From an uncultured Bacilli bacterium (lineage in GTDB: Bacteria > Bacillota_I > Bacilli_A > Izemoplasmatales > UBA1188), in the NCBI GenBank assembly GCA_905235635.1, contig CAJOMC010000007.1:18998-82997 (forward strand): a stretch of DNA of 64,000 bases. The letters run 5' to 3'. The notes under the pieces were generated by a model. That model was not told the DNA's origin. It did no database searches and saw only the letters and a program-made list of their open reading frames with translations. Shown one piece after another: positions 41,206-50,734 of this stretch (positions are counted from its first letter, which is position 1; each line of letters opens with the position of its first letter). The position numbers were made by a program, and so were the translations under genes.

Positions 41206-41586
41206 ACGGGTGTTAGAATTCATTACGTTGGAAGAAAACAGCAGTTTCATTCGCTTGAACAAAATATAGGTTCGACTATCACTAAGTATCCAATAACTAA
41301 TGGTTACTTTGGTGTTAAAGGATCTTCTTTTGGAATTAGAGAAATACACTCTAGAAATCACGAAGAAACTGCAAAAGATTTCTTTAATAAAATTGCAAAA
41401 GGTGGTATTCTTGATTTACATACAATTAAAGGTGGGGTTATTTCAAGATTAAAAGATGGCACTTTTGTTTCTTATAGAAAAATAACTAGTTCAAATAACA
41501 GCCCAGCAGTAGAAATAAGGTTCCGAAAATTAGGTTCAAAATACGGAATCAAAGATCAAAAAATACATTTTGTGCAAAATAAATAA
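41206..41586 (+). CDS. Small basic toxin-like protein (start codon appears to be ACG)
   Basis: AGGAG at 41191-41195 precedes in-frame ACG-GGT; AKDFF..GG..LKDGTFVSYR..SSNNSPAVEI..KIHF resembles polymorphic-toxin RNase tips. Confidence 0.5.
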   Translation, partial: TGVRIHYVGRKQQFHSLEQNIGSTITKYPITNGYFGVKGSSFGIREIHSRNHEETAKDFFNKIAKGGILDLHTIKGGVISRLKDGTFVSYRKITSSNNSPAVEIRFRKLGSKYGIKDQKIHFVQNK

Positions 41587-42160
41587 ATTGGAGGATAATA
41601 TTATTATGATAGATATTTGTTTAAAGAATGAAGAAAAGAACCTTCTAAAAAGTTTAATTGGAAAAAAACTAATCAAATATAGACATGACCCGCTAGACAA
41701 ATTTGATGGAGAAATAGTCTATGGGAGAGTTGAATTATTTTTTGATAATTTGATAATTTTGATTGATTATGATTATGCCCCCTATCCGCTATTTGGTAGT
41801 TTAGATGATGAACGCCCAGCGTTTTCTGTGAAAAAGATTTCTAGTGAAGAAGCGGTTTCGGCTTTAAAAGATGTTTCTCAAATAAATGTTGTATGCGAGA
41901 AAATTATTTCAGGAATAGTGCTTGTCGAAGATTACATCGAAATCGAATGGGATAGAAAGAAGGATAACACTAGATATATTAAAGCGATTATATTTAAATT
42001 TGGAGAAGAAGAGATGGCCTTACAAGGCGACTATATGATACCTTTGCTTGATATTATTAAAGGCGAAAATGTAGTATCTAGACTTCTCAATCCAGGTGAT
42101 GAATTTAAAGAAGATCTAGAAACTAAATATAGTGCTGACAGGTTTCTTGTTGAATTATAA
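41570..42160 (+). CDS. Acidic hypothetical protein, possible immunity protein
   Basis: Follows toxin-like ORF; GGAGG RBS suggests true ATG ~41606; D/E-rich. Confidence 0.55.
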   Translation: MCKINKLEDNIIMIDICLKNEEKNLLKSLIGKKLIKYRHDPLDKFDGEIVYGRVELFFDNLIILIDYDYAPYPLFGSLDDERPAFSVKKISSEEAVSALKDVSQINVVCEKIISGIVLVEDYIEIEWDRKKDNTRYIKAIIFKFGEEEMALQGDYMIPLLDIIKGENVVSRLLNPGDEFKEDLETKYSADRFLVEL

Positions 42161-42280
42161 CTAATCATCAACTAAAGCTGATGCGAGATATATTGTTATC
42201 CAAACTTTTGTTAATGTAAACGGCTAAATATAGCGATATAACATAATATAAAAGGATGAGTTCACTCTCATCCTTTTATA

Positions 42281-43147
42281 CTACCATGACCCCTTATACC
42301 CTACACCATATTTGTCTGTATAATAGTCTATACGCTTACTTTTATTAAATATTGGTTCATATATATTTTCTTTAGGATCAATTCCAACCAACCTACATAC
42401 TGCATCATGTGACCTAATCGTTAAATCCTCTATAGCATCTTTTTCGTTTAAGTCTTTATTAGGATAGATTGGTTCACCAATATTAAGAGTTAAACTCGCT
42501 GGACTTTTAAACATTTTCTTTCTGATAAATCCGTTTTCTCTATATGATATTCCAAGAGGAAGAATAGGTTTATTACATTTAACACTAAAATATGATGCAC
42601 CTTCTTTAAAAGGCCTTATAGGCATATAGAATTCCCACATAGATCCTTCTGGATATACATGAAATAATCCACCATTATTTATAAATCGCTCTATATCATT
42701 AAAACATTTTGCGTTTACTCTTGGTTCTGAATCGGGGAATGGTACTCCACCAATCATTCTAATCATCTTACCATTTTCACCCTTAATATTTGGTGCCCAC
42801 ACTATTACTCTAGTATTAAATTTCCATAAAGCGTTTTTGATTAATATATAATCCCACATTGCCACGTGGTTACAGATTGTTACTGCACCTTTTTCAAGGA
42901 CGTGTCTATATTTCTTTAAGTTTTTTCTACCTTTAACCCTTAAATTAAATCTCACATATGACATAGGATTAACTATATATCTAAGCAGAAGATTAAAAAA
43001 GAAAGTCTTTCTTTTAAATTCTTTAGAATCATCCACGTATTTATATTTAGTATCAAAAACAGTACCATCGTCTTTCTTAACTTTTAGGTAATGTTCGTCA
43101 GTATATTCAGTATATGGAAATTTATTCGTTTTAGGATCGAAAGGCAT
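42281..43147 (-). CDS. PlsC-like 1-acyl-sn-glycerol-3-phosphate acyltransferase
   Basis: CNHVAMWD (NHxxxxD), YPEG, PFKEGA, ILP. Confidence 0.85.
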   Translation of the reverse strand: MPFDPKTNKFPYTEYTDEHYLKVKKDDGTVFDTKYKYVDDSKEFKRKTFFFNLLLRYIVNPMSYVRFNLRVKGRKNLKKYRHVLEKGAVTICNHVAMWDYILIKNALWKFNTRVIVWAPNIKGENGKMIRMIGGVPFPDSEPRVNAKCFNDIERFINNGGLFHVYPEGSMWEFYMPIRPFKEGASYFSVKCNKPILPLGISYRENGFIRKKMFKSPASLTLNIGEPIYPNKDLNEKDAIEDLTIRSHDAVCRLVGIDPKENIYEPIFNKSKRIDYYTDKYGVGYKGSW

Positions 43148-43327
43148 TTATAATAATCTCTTCTTTTAATTGAAATTATATATAAAAATATATTTCAAGT
43201 AAACATTATTTATTCTCTAGTTAATAGATATTAAAATGAATATAAAAACAATAATAAATAAGTATTAAAATTTTTTAATTATTTCTTGAATATTATATAT
43301 TCATTTGATACAATAAATACGCACGAA

Positions 43328-43360
43328 CTTTCTATGGCAATAAGGCCATGGCAGAAGGAG
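43328..43360 (+). promoter_or_regulatory. L31 leader hairpin sequestering the rpmE RBS
   Basis: CTTTCT-ATGGC-AATAAG-GCCAT-GGC-AGAAGG(AG). Confidence 0.55.
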
Positions 43361-43366
43361 TTATAT

Positions 43367-43585
43367 ATGAAAAAAGGAATCCATCCTAAATACTACGAAG
43401 CAACTGTTACTTGCGTAACTTGCGGAACAACATTTAAAACTGGTTCAACTAGACCTGAAATAAAAGTTGATACTTGTTCTAATTGTCATCCATTCTATTC
43501 AGGAAAACAAGTTTTCGTATCTGTTGCTGGTAGAGTTGATAAGTTCAACAAGAAATATGGAAGAACCTCAAAAACCGAGGACTAA
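43367..43585 (+). CDS. rpmE: 50S ribosomal protein L31 (zinc-binding type A)
   Basis: [28 protein letters not shown]; start corrected to ATG 43367. Confidence 0.96.
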   Translation: MKKGIHPKYYEATVTCVTCGTTFKTGSTRPEIKVDTCSNCHPFYSGKQVFVSVAGRVDKFNKKYGRTSKTED

Positions 43586-43635
43586 GACAAACAAAAACCA
43601 GGTATCTGGTTTTTTGTTTAAATGAAGGAGATTAT

Positions 43636-44208
43636 ATGAAGATTGGAAGAATTGAAGCTATAGTAGGCCCAATGTTTGCGGGTAAAACAGAAGAATTACT
43701 AAGACGTCTTAAAAGAATGGAATATGCTCATAAAAATGTCATACTATTTAAACCTGATATCGACACAAGATATGAGGAAAGTTATGTAGTATCACACAAT
43801 AAGAATAAATCTTTATGTGTATGCTTAAAAAAGTCAGTTGATATGTTTAACTATGTAACTGATAAGACAGATGCAATCTTTATTGATGAATTCCAGTTTT
43901 TAGATGACGAATCTTTCATCGCACTTAAAAGAAGAGGCATAAGAATAGTTTTATCCGGTCTTGATAAAGACTTTAGAGGAGAACCTTTTGGCGTTATGCC
44001 AAATGTACTCGCACTTGCGGATGAAGTATTAAAGCTTAGAGCCGTATGTGTTAAATGTGGTGCTGATGCAAACTGTACACAACGTATCATCAATAATAGT
44101 CCAGCTTCATATAATGACCCTATCATCTTAGTAGGCGCTACAGATTCTTATGAGGCAAGATGCGATGCTTGTTTTGAAATAAAAGATAAAAAATATAAGT
44201 ATGAATGA
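43636..44208 (+). CDS. tdk: Thymidine kinase
   Basis: GPMFAGKTEEL, DEFQF, GLDKDFRGEPF, YEARC. Confidence 0.95.
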   Translation: MKIGRIEAIVGPMFAGKTEELLRRLKRMEYAHKNVILFKPDIDTRYEESYVVSHNKNKSLCVCLKKSVDMFNYVTDKTDAIFIDEFQFLDDESFIALKRRGIRIVLSGLDKDFRGEPFGVMPNVLALADEVLKLRAVCVKCGADANCTQRIINNSPASYNDPIILVGATDSYEARCDACFEIKDKKYKYE

Positions 44209-44641
44209 TTATGATTTTATGAGAGAAGCGCTAAACTTAGCGAGTTCCTCGTATCAAAATTGTGAAGTTCCCGTAGGCGCCGTTGTAGCGTATAATGGCG
44301 AAATTATTGGTAGAGGAAGAAATAGAAGAAAAGAAACATGTGACATCACATCACATGCAGAAATAGAGGCAATAAAAGAGGCTTCTAAACATCTTTCTTC
44401 CTATATCCTTGAAGGATGTACCATCTATACCACGCTTGAACCATGTCCAATGTGTAGTTATGCGATTATTGATTCACATATGGATAGACTAGTATATGGC
44501 GCAAAAGATGAAAAAAGAGGTGCCATATCTAACCTTGATATATTCAATAAGCATCTTGGCACAAAAGTAGTAGTTTGTGGTAATATAATGAGTGAGGAGG
44601 CGAGTGAACTTCTCACAAAATTCTTTAAAGAAAAAAGATAA
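44201..44641 (+). CDS. tadA: tRNA adenosine deaminase
   Basis: EVPVGAV, HAE, TLEPCPMC. Confidence 0.92.
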   Translation: MNDYDFMREALNLASSSYQNCEVPVGAVVAYNGEIIGRGRNRRKETCDITSHAEIEAIKEASKHLSSYILEGCTIYTTLEPCPMCSYAIIDSHMDRLVYGAKDEKRGAISNLDIFNKHLGTKVVVCGNIMSEEASELLTKFFKEKR

Positions 44642-44642
44642 T

Positions 44643-44747
44643 CTCTTTTCGTGTATTACACTCAAAGTTCTTAGAGTGAATTGGGTCAGGTCCTGACGGA
44701 AGCAGCCCTAAGGTTTAAGTCTTGTGAGTGTAGTACACTAAAAGAGA
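44643..44747 (+). ncRNA. ffs: Signal recognition particle RNA (small, 4.5S-type)
   Basis: GGGTCAGGTCCTGACGGAAGCAGCCC domain IV within a long hairpin GTGTATTACACTCA...TGAGTGTAGTACAC; tadA-ffs synteny. Confidence 0.9.
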
Positions 44748-46487
44748 TTATTTTTCTATTATAAAATATGATTTAACTCCATCACTAAAGTTAGTTACTT
44801 CATGTGGAATATTATGCGTAGATAATATCTTTCTTACTAGGTATAAACCCATACCAGTTGAATTCTTATCAATATTATTGTTTTCTCTATAAAATGGTAG
44901 CCATATTTTTTCTAGATTTTCTGGATTAATATGTGCCCCATAGTTTTTAACTTCAAATATATAATTCACATTATTATCAAGCAAGTTGATTTCAACTTTC
45001 TTTCCCTTATCAGTATATTTAAATGCGTTAGTAATAAAGTTAGATATAACTTCACCGATTAGTTTTCTATCAGCGTTCATATATATCTGATTATCAATAT
45101 TTGTTTCCACAATGATTTCGTTTTTACTTGCGATAGGAGATAAAGGGCTTAAAACTTCTTCAATTAACTTACCTAAATTAAATCTTGTGACATTAAGTTT
45201 TACTTCTTCTTTAGATCCTCTATATGTAGAAATAATATTTTTAATAATAGTATTAGTTTTTTCAACTTCCTCAAGAATATTGTCATATTCTTTTAATACA
45301 TCATCACCCTCTATTATTCCATCTTTTAGAGCTTCGGTTGTTGCGCTTATTACCATAATAGGTGTTTTAAGCTCATGGGATAATCTTGAGATGAATGAAC
45401 TTCTAATTTCGTTTTCATTTAAGAGTTCCGAATTGAGTTTTTCTACTCTCTCTTTTTGAGATTCAATCTCATGAACTCTTTCTTTAGTTTTCTCTTTAAC
45501 GAAGTTTAAGTTATCTTGGAGGCTAATTAACTCTTTATTTCTAAATGTGTGGTCAGATTTAGTGTAATCCTCATTGACTAGTTTCATCATCTCGTTTTCA
45601 ATTGTCTTAACTGGATTAGTGAAGGCTCTTGAGATAAAGAGCGCTATTAGTAAGACTATCGCTAAAGAGAAGAGAATAAAGTATCCATAATACGGAGATA
45701 TAAGAGATACAAGAGAACTTGTGTTAACCATATCAAAGATGATTAGCACAAACTCTCCTTCAACGTTAGTTGTATATAATATATTTAAAGTATATGTTTC
45801 TTTATCGTTATAGTATCCCACAAGATATGGGATATCTTTTTTAACTATCTTAAAGTTTGTGATAGATGAGGTAATTATATTAATAGAGTCTTTTACTTTT
45901 GACCATGATCCATAGATATAATTTAGGTTAACTGGTTTTCTTACTTCTATGATTGTTGCATCTTCTAGATACACAAGATCACTTGAATCAATATAAGATT
46001 TATCTATAACTTTTCTATCACCAATAAAAAAAGATAGAGGGATATAATACTCTCCTTCTTTCACAAATACGCCACTCGCAAGGAAAGAAGTAGACACATC
46101 AACGCTTAAATCATCTATTAAAACCTCATATGTTTCACCACTACTAGATAACAAAACAGTATATTTATCATATTGAGACTCTGATGGTTTATATACTCCT
46201 GTTTCATTGGTAAGCATCACAACCAAAGAAGAAGTGCTATTTGCGAAAGCTTCTATAGTTTTTGAGTGATTTATGCCTTCCTCATTAATATCACCAATTA
46301 GAAGAGTAGTAGATGCGAGTCTTTCGTCTATTTCACTTCTTGTGTAACGATTATTAAAAGAATACATTACGATAATGTATTCCGCTACTACTAACACAAA
46401 AAACACTATTATTAAAATTAAGAATAGTTGTGTTTGAAGTGATATATTATGAATTTTCTTCTCTAGTTCGTTCTTCTGTGATTTCAA
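44748..46487 (-). CDS. Sensor histidine kinase
   Basis: Two TMs, SHELKTP, NFITNAFKY, GMGL. Confidence 0.92.
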   Translation of the reverse strand: MKSQKNELEKKIHNISLQTQLFLILIIVFFVLVVAEYIIVMYSFNNRYTRSEIDERLASTTLLIGDINEEGINHSKTIEAFANSTSSLVVMLTNETGVYKPSESQYDKYTVLLSSSGETYEVLIDDLSVDVSTSFLASGVFVKEGEYYIPLSFFIGDRKVIDKSYIDSSDLVYLEDATIIEVRKPVNLNYIYGSWSKVKDSINIITSSITNFKIVKKDIPYLVGYYNDKETYTLNILYTTNVEGEFVLIIFDMVNTSSLVSLISPYYGYFILFSLAIVLLIALFISRAFTNPVKTIENEMMKLVNEDYTKSDHTFRNKELISLQDNLNFVKEKTKERVHEIESQKERVEKLNSELLNENEIRSSFISRLSHELKTPIMVISATTEALKDGIIEGDDVLKEYDNILEEVEKTNTIIKNIISTYRGSKEEVKLNVTRFNLGKLIEEVLSPLSPIASKNEIIVETNIDNQIYMNADRKLIGEVISNFITNAFKYTDKGKKVEINLLDNNVNYIFEVKNYGAHINPENLEKIWLPFYRENNNIDKNSTGMGLYLVRKILSTHNIPHEVTNFSDGVKSYFIIEK

Positions 46488-47154
46488 GTTTATATCCTAT
46501 GCCAAAAATAGTTGTGATAGTCACATTACTATTTGAAAGAGTCTTACGTACCTTTTTAATGTAGGTATCTATAATTCTTTCATCAGTAGGCTTATCTTCC
46601 CATACTGTTTCAATTAGTTTCTTTCTCGTACAAGTCTTTCCTTCGTTAATCATTAAGAATTCAAGAAGTTTATATTCAGTTCTTGTGAGTTTAACTAGGT
46701 TATTTTTAATGATACATTCCATGGTATCTCTATATAGTTTCACATCTCCAGATTCTAGAGTTGTGGTCATACCATTATTACTCTTAAGCGCTTTATGTCT
46801 TTCTATTAAGTTAGTTGCCTTTGCGATTAAGATAGATGTCTTAAATGGCTTAGTAACGTAATCATCTATTTTAAGAGTATACCCTTTTAGAATGTCTTGT
46901 TCCTCTGATAAGGCACTCATCATTATAATAGGTATATCATTTGATTCTCTAATCTTTTTTGCGATATCATATCCATTCATTCCTGGAAGCATAATATCTA
47001 ATACCACTACGTCTGGGTTAAATTCTTTATATTCTTGGATAGCTTTAATGCCATTATCCGCAAGTCTAACCTCATATCCGGCATTCTGGAAATATTTTTC
47101 TAATATGTATGCGTACTTAGTTTCGTCTTCCACAATTAGTATTTTTGAGCTCAT
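46447..47154 (-). CDS. OmpR-family response regulator
   Basis: ILIVEDE, LDIMLP, DDYVTKPF, TIFGIGY. Confidence 0.94.
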   Translation of the reverse strand: MSSKILIVEDETKYAYILEKYFQNAGYEVRLADNGIKAIQEYKEFNPDVVVLDIMLPGMNGYDIAKKIRESNDIPIIMMSALSEEQDILKGYTLKIDDYVTKPFKTSILIAKATNLIERHKALKSNNGMTTTLESGDVKLYRDTMECIIKNNLVKLTRTEYKLLEFLMINEGKTCTRKKLIETVWEDKPTDERIIDTYIKKVRKTLSNSNVTITTIFGIGYKLEITEERTREENS

Positions 47155-47272
47155 AAAGGTACCTCTCTTTTACCCATATATTATATTAAATATTTATCTA
47201 TTCCGCAACCAAAGGGGGATAAAGCTACCATTAAATGAATAATTATTATAAAAATATGGTATATTTTTAAGG

Positions 47273-49144
47273 ATGAATAAATATGATGTAATTGTGGTCG
47301 GTGGAGGACACGCTGGAGTTGAGGCAGCTCTTTCATCCGCAAGGCTAAATAAGAAGACAATTTTAATAACTGGAAACATAGATTATATATCATCTATGCC
47401 GTGTAACCCTTCAATAGGTGGTCCTGCGAAGGGCATTTTGGTTAGAGAGATTGATTCGCTTGGCGGGGAAATGGCTAAAATTGCCGATAAAACATATATT
47501 CAAATGAGACTATTAAACGCATCAAACGGTCCTGCGGTTCAAGCCCTTCGTGCTCAATCAGATAAATATATGTATCACGATGAAATGCTTAAGGTGTTAA
47601 GAGATACTAAAAATCTTGAGATAAAAGAAGCATATGTAGGAAAACTATTAACTGAAGATAAAAAGGTTAAAGGCATTGAAACTATTGATGGTGAAGTAAT
47701 TTTAGGCAAGGCAGTCATATTAACCACAGGCACATATCTTAATTCCATATGTTTTATGGGTAAAGAAGCTATCCATAGCGGACCTGAAGGACAAAAAACA
47801 TATTCTAATTTATCAGAATCACTTATGGAAAACGGAATTACTTTATTTAGGTTGAAGACTGGTACTCCTCCAAGAATTCTTGATTCATCTATTGATTATT
47901 CAAACATGATAGTTCAAAAAGGTGATCAAGATAAAAAAGGATTTTCATATACCACAAAAGAATTTTTGCCGCTAGATAAACAAGTATCTTGTTACTTAAT
48001 ACATACAACCCTTAAAACCAAAGAGATTGTGATGAATAACTTAGATGAAGCCGCAGCCCTTAATGGAGAGATAGTGGGCGTTGGACCTAGATATTGTCCA
48101 TCAATTGAAAGTAAATATGTGAGATTTTCTACAAAAGATACTCATCAAATCTTTGTAGAACCAGTATCACTTAACTCAAATAAGATGTATCTTCAAGGCT
48201 TTTCTACATCCCTACCTAAAGAGATTCAAGAAAAGATGGTTAAATCTTTACCTGGATTTGAAAATGCAGAAATAATTGAGTACGCCTACGCTATTGAGTA
48301 TGACGCAATCAACCCTCTCCAAATGAAGAGATCCCTTGAATCAAAGATAATTGAGAATCTATTTACCGCAGGCCAGATTAATGGTACATCAGGCTATGAA
48401 GAAGCCGCAGCCCAAGGACTTATGGCAGGCATTAATGCTTCTAGAAAACTAGATAATATGGAACCATTCATATTAAGAAGAGACGAAGCATATATTGGTG
48501 TATTAATTGATGATCTTGTGACTAAAGGTACAGATGAACCGTATAGAATGCTGACATCACGTGCGGAATATAGGCTATTACTTAGAGATGATAATGCAGA
48601 AGATAGATTAATGCATTATGGTCACTCTTTAGGATTAATTAGTGATGAACTGTACAATGAATTTATAGAAAGTACTAAAAGAGTTGAAACTGAAATAGAA
48701 AGACTTAAAACCATATATATTACCGGTAATCAAACTGAGAAAAGTAAAATGGATGAACTAGGTCTTTCAAGTGTATATAGTAAAGAATCTCTATTTAATC
48801 TTATTAAAAGACCTGACTATGACTATAGAAAGGTTATGTATGTAAAGGGCGAAGATGTCGCACTAACTGATAAAGAAATTGCATCTTTAAACACCACAAT
48901 AAAATATGAAGGTTATATCAGGAAATCGCTAAAACAGGCGGAAGAACTCAAAAAGATGGAATCCACAATTATTCCAAAAGATATAAACTATGATGATATT
49001 CATAATATCGCATCTGAGGCCAAAGAAAAACTTAAGACTGTTAATCCTGACACACTAGGTCAAGCATCTAGAATATCAGGCGTTAATCCATCAGATATAA
49101 TGATTCTATCAATCTATTTAAAGCAATATAAAAGACATGTTTAA
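47273..49144 (+). CDS. mnmG: tRNA uridine-5-carboxymethylaminomethyl modification enzyme MnmG (GidA)
   Basis: GGGHAGVEAA, MPCNPSIGG, RLKTGTPPR, GPRYCPSIE, GQINGTSGYEEAAAQG. Confidence 0.98.
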   Translation: MNKYDVIVVGGGHAGVEAALSSARLNKKTILITGNIDYISSMPCNPSIGGPAKGILVREIDSLGGEMAKIADKTYIQMRLLNASNGPAVQALRAQSDKYMYHDEMLKVLRDTKNLEIKEAYVGKLLTEDKKVKGIETIDGEVILGKAVILTTGTYLNSICFMGKEAIHSGPEGQKTYSNLSESLMENGITLFRLKTGTPPRILDSSIDYSNMIVQKGDQDKKGFSYTTKEFLPLDKQVSCYLIHTTLKTKEIVMNNLDEAAALNGEIVGVGPRYCPSIESKYVRFSTKDTHQIFVEPVSLNSNKMYLQGFSTSLPKEIQEKMVKSLPGFENAEIIEYAYAIEYDAINPLQMKRSLESKIIENLFTAGQINGTSGYEEAAAQGLMAGINASRKLDNMEPFILRRDEAYIGVLIDDLVTKGTDEPYRMLTSRAEYRLLLRDDNAEDRLMHYGHSLGLISDELYNEFIESTKRVETEIERLKTIYITGNQTEKSKMDELGLSSVYSKESLFNLIKRPDYDYRKVMYVKGEDVALTDKEIASLNTTIKYEGYIRKSLKQAEELKKMESTIIPKDINYDDIHNIASEAKEKLKTVNPDTLGQASRISGVNPSDIMILSIYLKQYKRHV

Positions 49145-49778
49145 TTTAAAAGAAGAATTAAAGACAAAAGGCATAAATATCACTGACTCTATGGTCCAAA
49201 TGTTTGACCAGTATTTTCATATGCTTGTGCGATACAATGAAAAAAATAATATCACAAGAATAACTGATGAAGACGATGTATATGCCCTTCATTTTTATGA
49301 TTCTTTAATGACATCTCTTGCGATTCAAAATAAAAAAGGGAAATTGCTTGATATTGGCGCAGGGGCTGGCTTTCCATCTCTACCTTTAAAGATTGTGTTT
49401 AATGAGTTAGACGTAACTATGGTTGATTCAGTTAATAAAAAGGTTATATTCCTTAAAAGTGTAATTGATGAATTAAAACTTGAGGGTATAAAAGCTATTC
49501 ATGAAAGAATCGAAAACCTAAAAGAATATAAAGCATATGACTATGTAGTCGCAAGAGCCTTATCTAGCTTAAAAGAAATAATTAATTATTCTCATAAGTA
49601 TATTAAAGAGGATGGCTCTATTATCGCACTTAAAGGTATGAGAAAATCAAGCGAGGAAATAGAAGAAGCAAAAGACATACTCAAAAAATACAAACTTAAA
49701 GTAGATAGCGTTATTCCTTATAATGTATTAGATAGATCTTATTGCTTAATTGTCATAAAGAGGGATAAAGATGAATGA
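49137..49778 (+). CDS. rsmG: 16S rRNA m7G527 methyltransferase (GidB)
   Basis: HFYDSL, DIGAGAGFP, ARAL; follows mnmG. Confidence 0.95.
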   Translation: MFNLKEELKTKGINITDSMVQMFDQYFHMLVRYNEKNNITRITDEDDVYALHFYDSLMTSLAIQNKKGKLLDIGAGAGFPSLPLKIVFNELDVTMVDSVNKKVIFLKSVIDELKLEGIKAIHERIENLKEYKAYDYVVARALSSLKEIINYSHKYIKEDGSIIALKGMRKSSEEIEEAKDILKKYKLKVDSVIPYNVLDRSYCLIVIKRDKDE

Positions 49779-49965
49779 GAATCTAATTGTATCAGTAGGT
49801 GATATCTATGAACTTAAGAAAGCCCATCCATGTGGATCAAAAGAATTTATTGTATTAAAAAATGGAACCGACTCTACCATCAAATGTCTTAAATGTAACC
49901 ATGAGATATTAATCGATAGAGTAGAACTAAAGAAAAGAATTAAACGAGTAATTAATAAAAACTAA
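49771..49965 (+). CDS. DUF951-family small protein
   Basis: VGDIYELKKAHPCGS...IKCLKCNH. Confidence 0.85.
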   Translation: MNENLIVSVGDIYELKKAHPCGSKEFIVLKNGTDSTIKCLKCNHEILIDRVELKKRIKRVINKN

Positions 49966-50045
49966 TATTAAATGGCTAGACATAGCCGTTTATCACATAA
50001 AAACAAGGACTCCCTAAGTCCTTGTTTTTATATCTAATTATAGGT

Positions 50046-50540
50046 CTAGCCTAATAATTCTTCTGCCTTAATTCTATCTATCTTTCCGTTTAAATAAAGA
50101 TTAGATATATTCATAAACTTAAATAAAGCAAGTTTAACAGCTAAACAGTTTTCTACACTAGGTTCAATACTACATTTTTCTAGTATAGTTTCACCGAATA
50201 ATTCAAGTGATCTTGGATCATAATCGCTTGTTAGGTCGATTAACTCTAACTTTCTCTTATAACTCTTTGGACAAGCAATGTGCTTTTTAAAGATTTCTTT
50301 AAGAAGAGATACTAATCCGTTAGCTTCAACGCCTTTAAAGATATGTGCTTTAATCGCATCATATAAATCAAATTTATCTTGGAAGTAGTAATAGAAGTCT
50401 GTTCTTAAAATATGCATTCTATCAGTTAAAGATAATACTGTAACTTTTTCAAATGGCTTACTTAATAGTTCTTTAAGCGCAGGCTTTAGTAATTTATGTT
50501 TTCTCTCCTCACTAATTTTGTCGTATACAGCTTTTGGCAT
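50046..50540 (-). CDS. TetR-family regulator
   Basis: MPKAVYDKI...FEKVTV...RTDFYYYFQDKFDL; AGGAG RBS before ATG at 50540. Confidence 0.75.
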   Translation of the reverse strand: MPKAVYDKISEERKHKLLKPALKELLSKPFEKVTVLSLTDRMHILRTDFYYYFQDKFDLYDAIKAHIFKGVEANGLVSLLKEIFKKHIACPKSYKRKLELIDLTSDYDPRSLELFGETILEKCSIEPSVENCLAVKLALFKFMNISNLYLNGKIDRIKAEELLG

Positions 50541-50734
50541 AATATCACTCCTTTTAATAAGATTAATATGATTATAAAAATATAGGTTATGTTTGTCAAC
50601 CGATTTGACATATCTTGACAAAAAAATTATATTTATTCTTGTATGTATGTAAAATTGATTCATATTTAACACTTTATTTATTAAATAAATATAAGTGATA
50701 CAATTATTATAGATTAATATGATATGGTGATGAA

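Larger units (their letters stand above)
39683..42397. mobile_element. Integrase-less genomic island inserted in the 3' end of the plsC-like gene
   Basis: Flanked by target 3'-end duplication and inverted repeats CGTTTACAT-N4-AGTTTGGAT (39692-39713) / ATCCAAACT-N7-ATGTAAACG (42198-42222). Confidence 0.75.
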
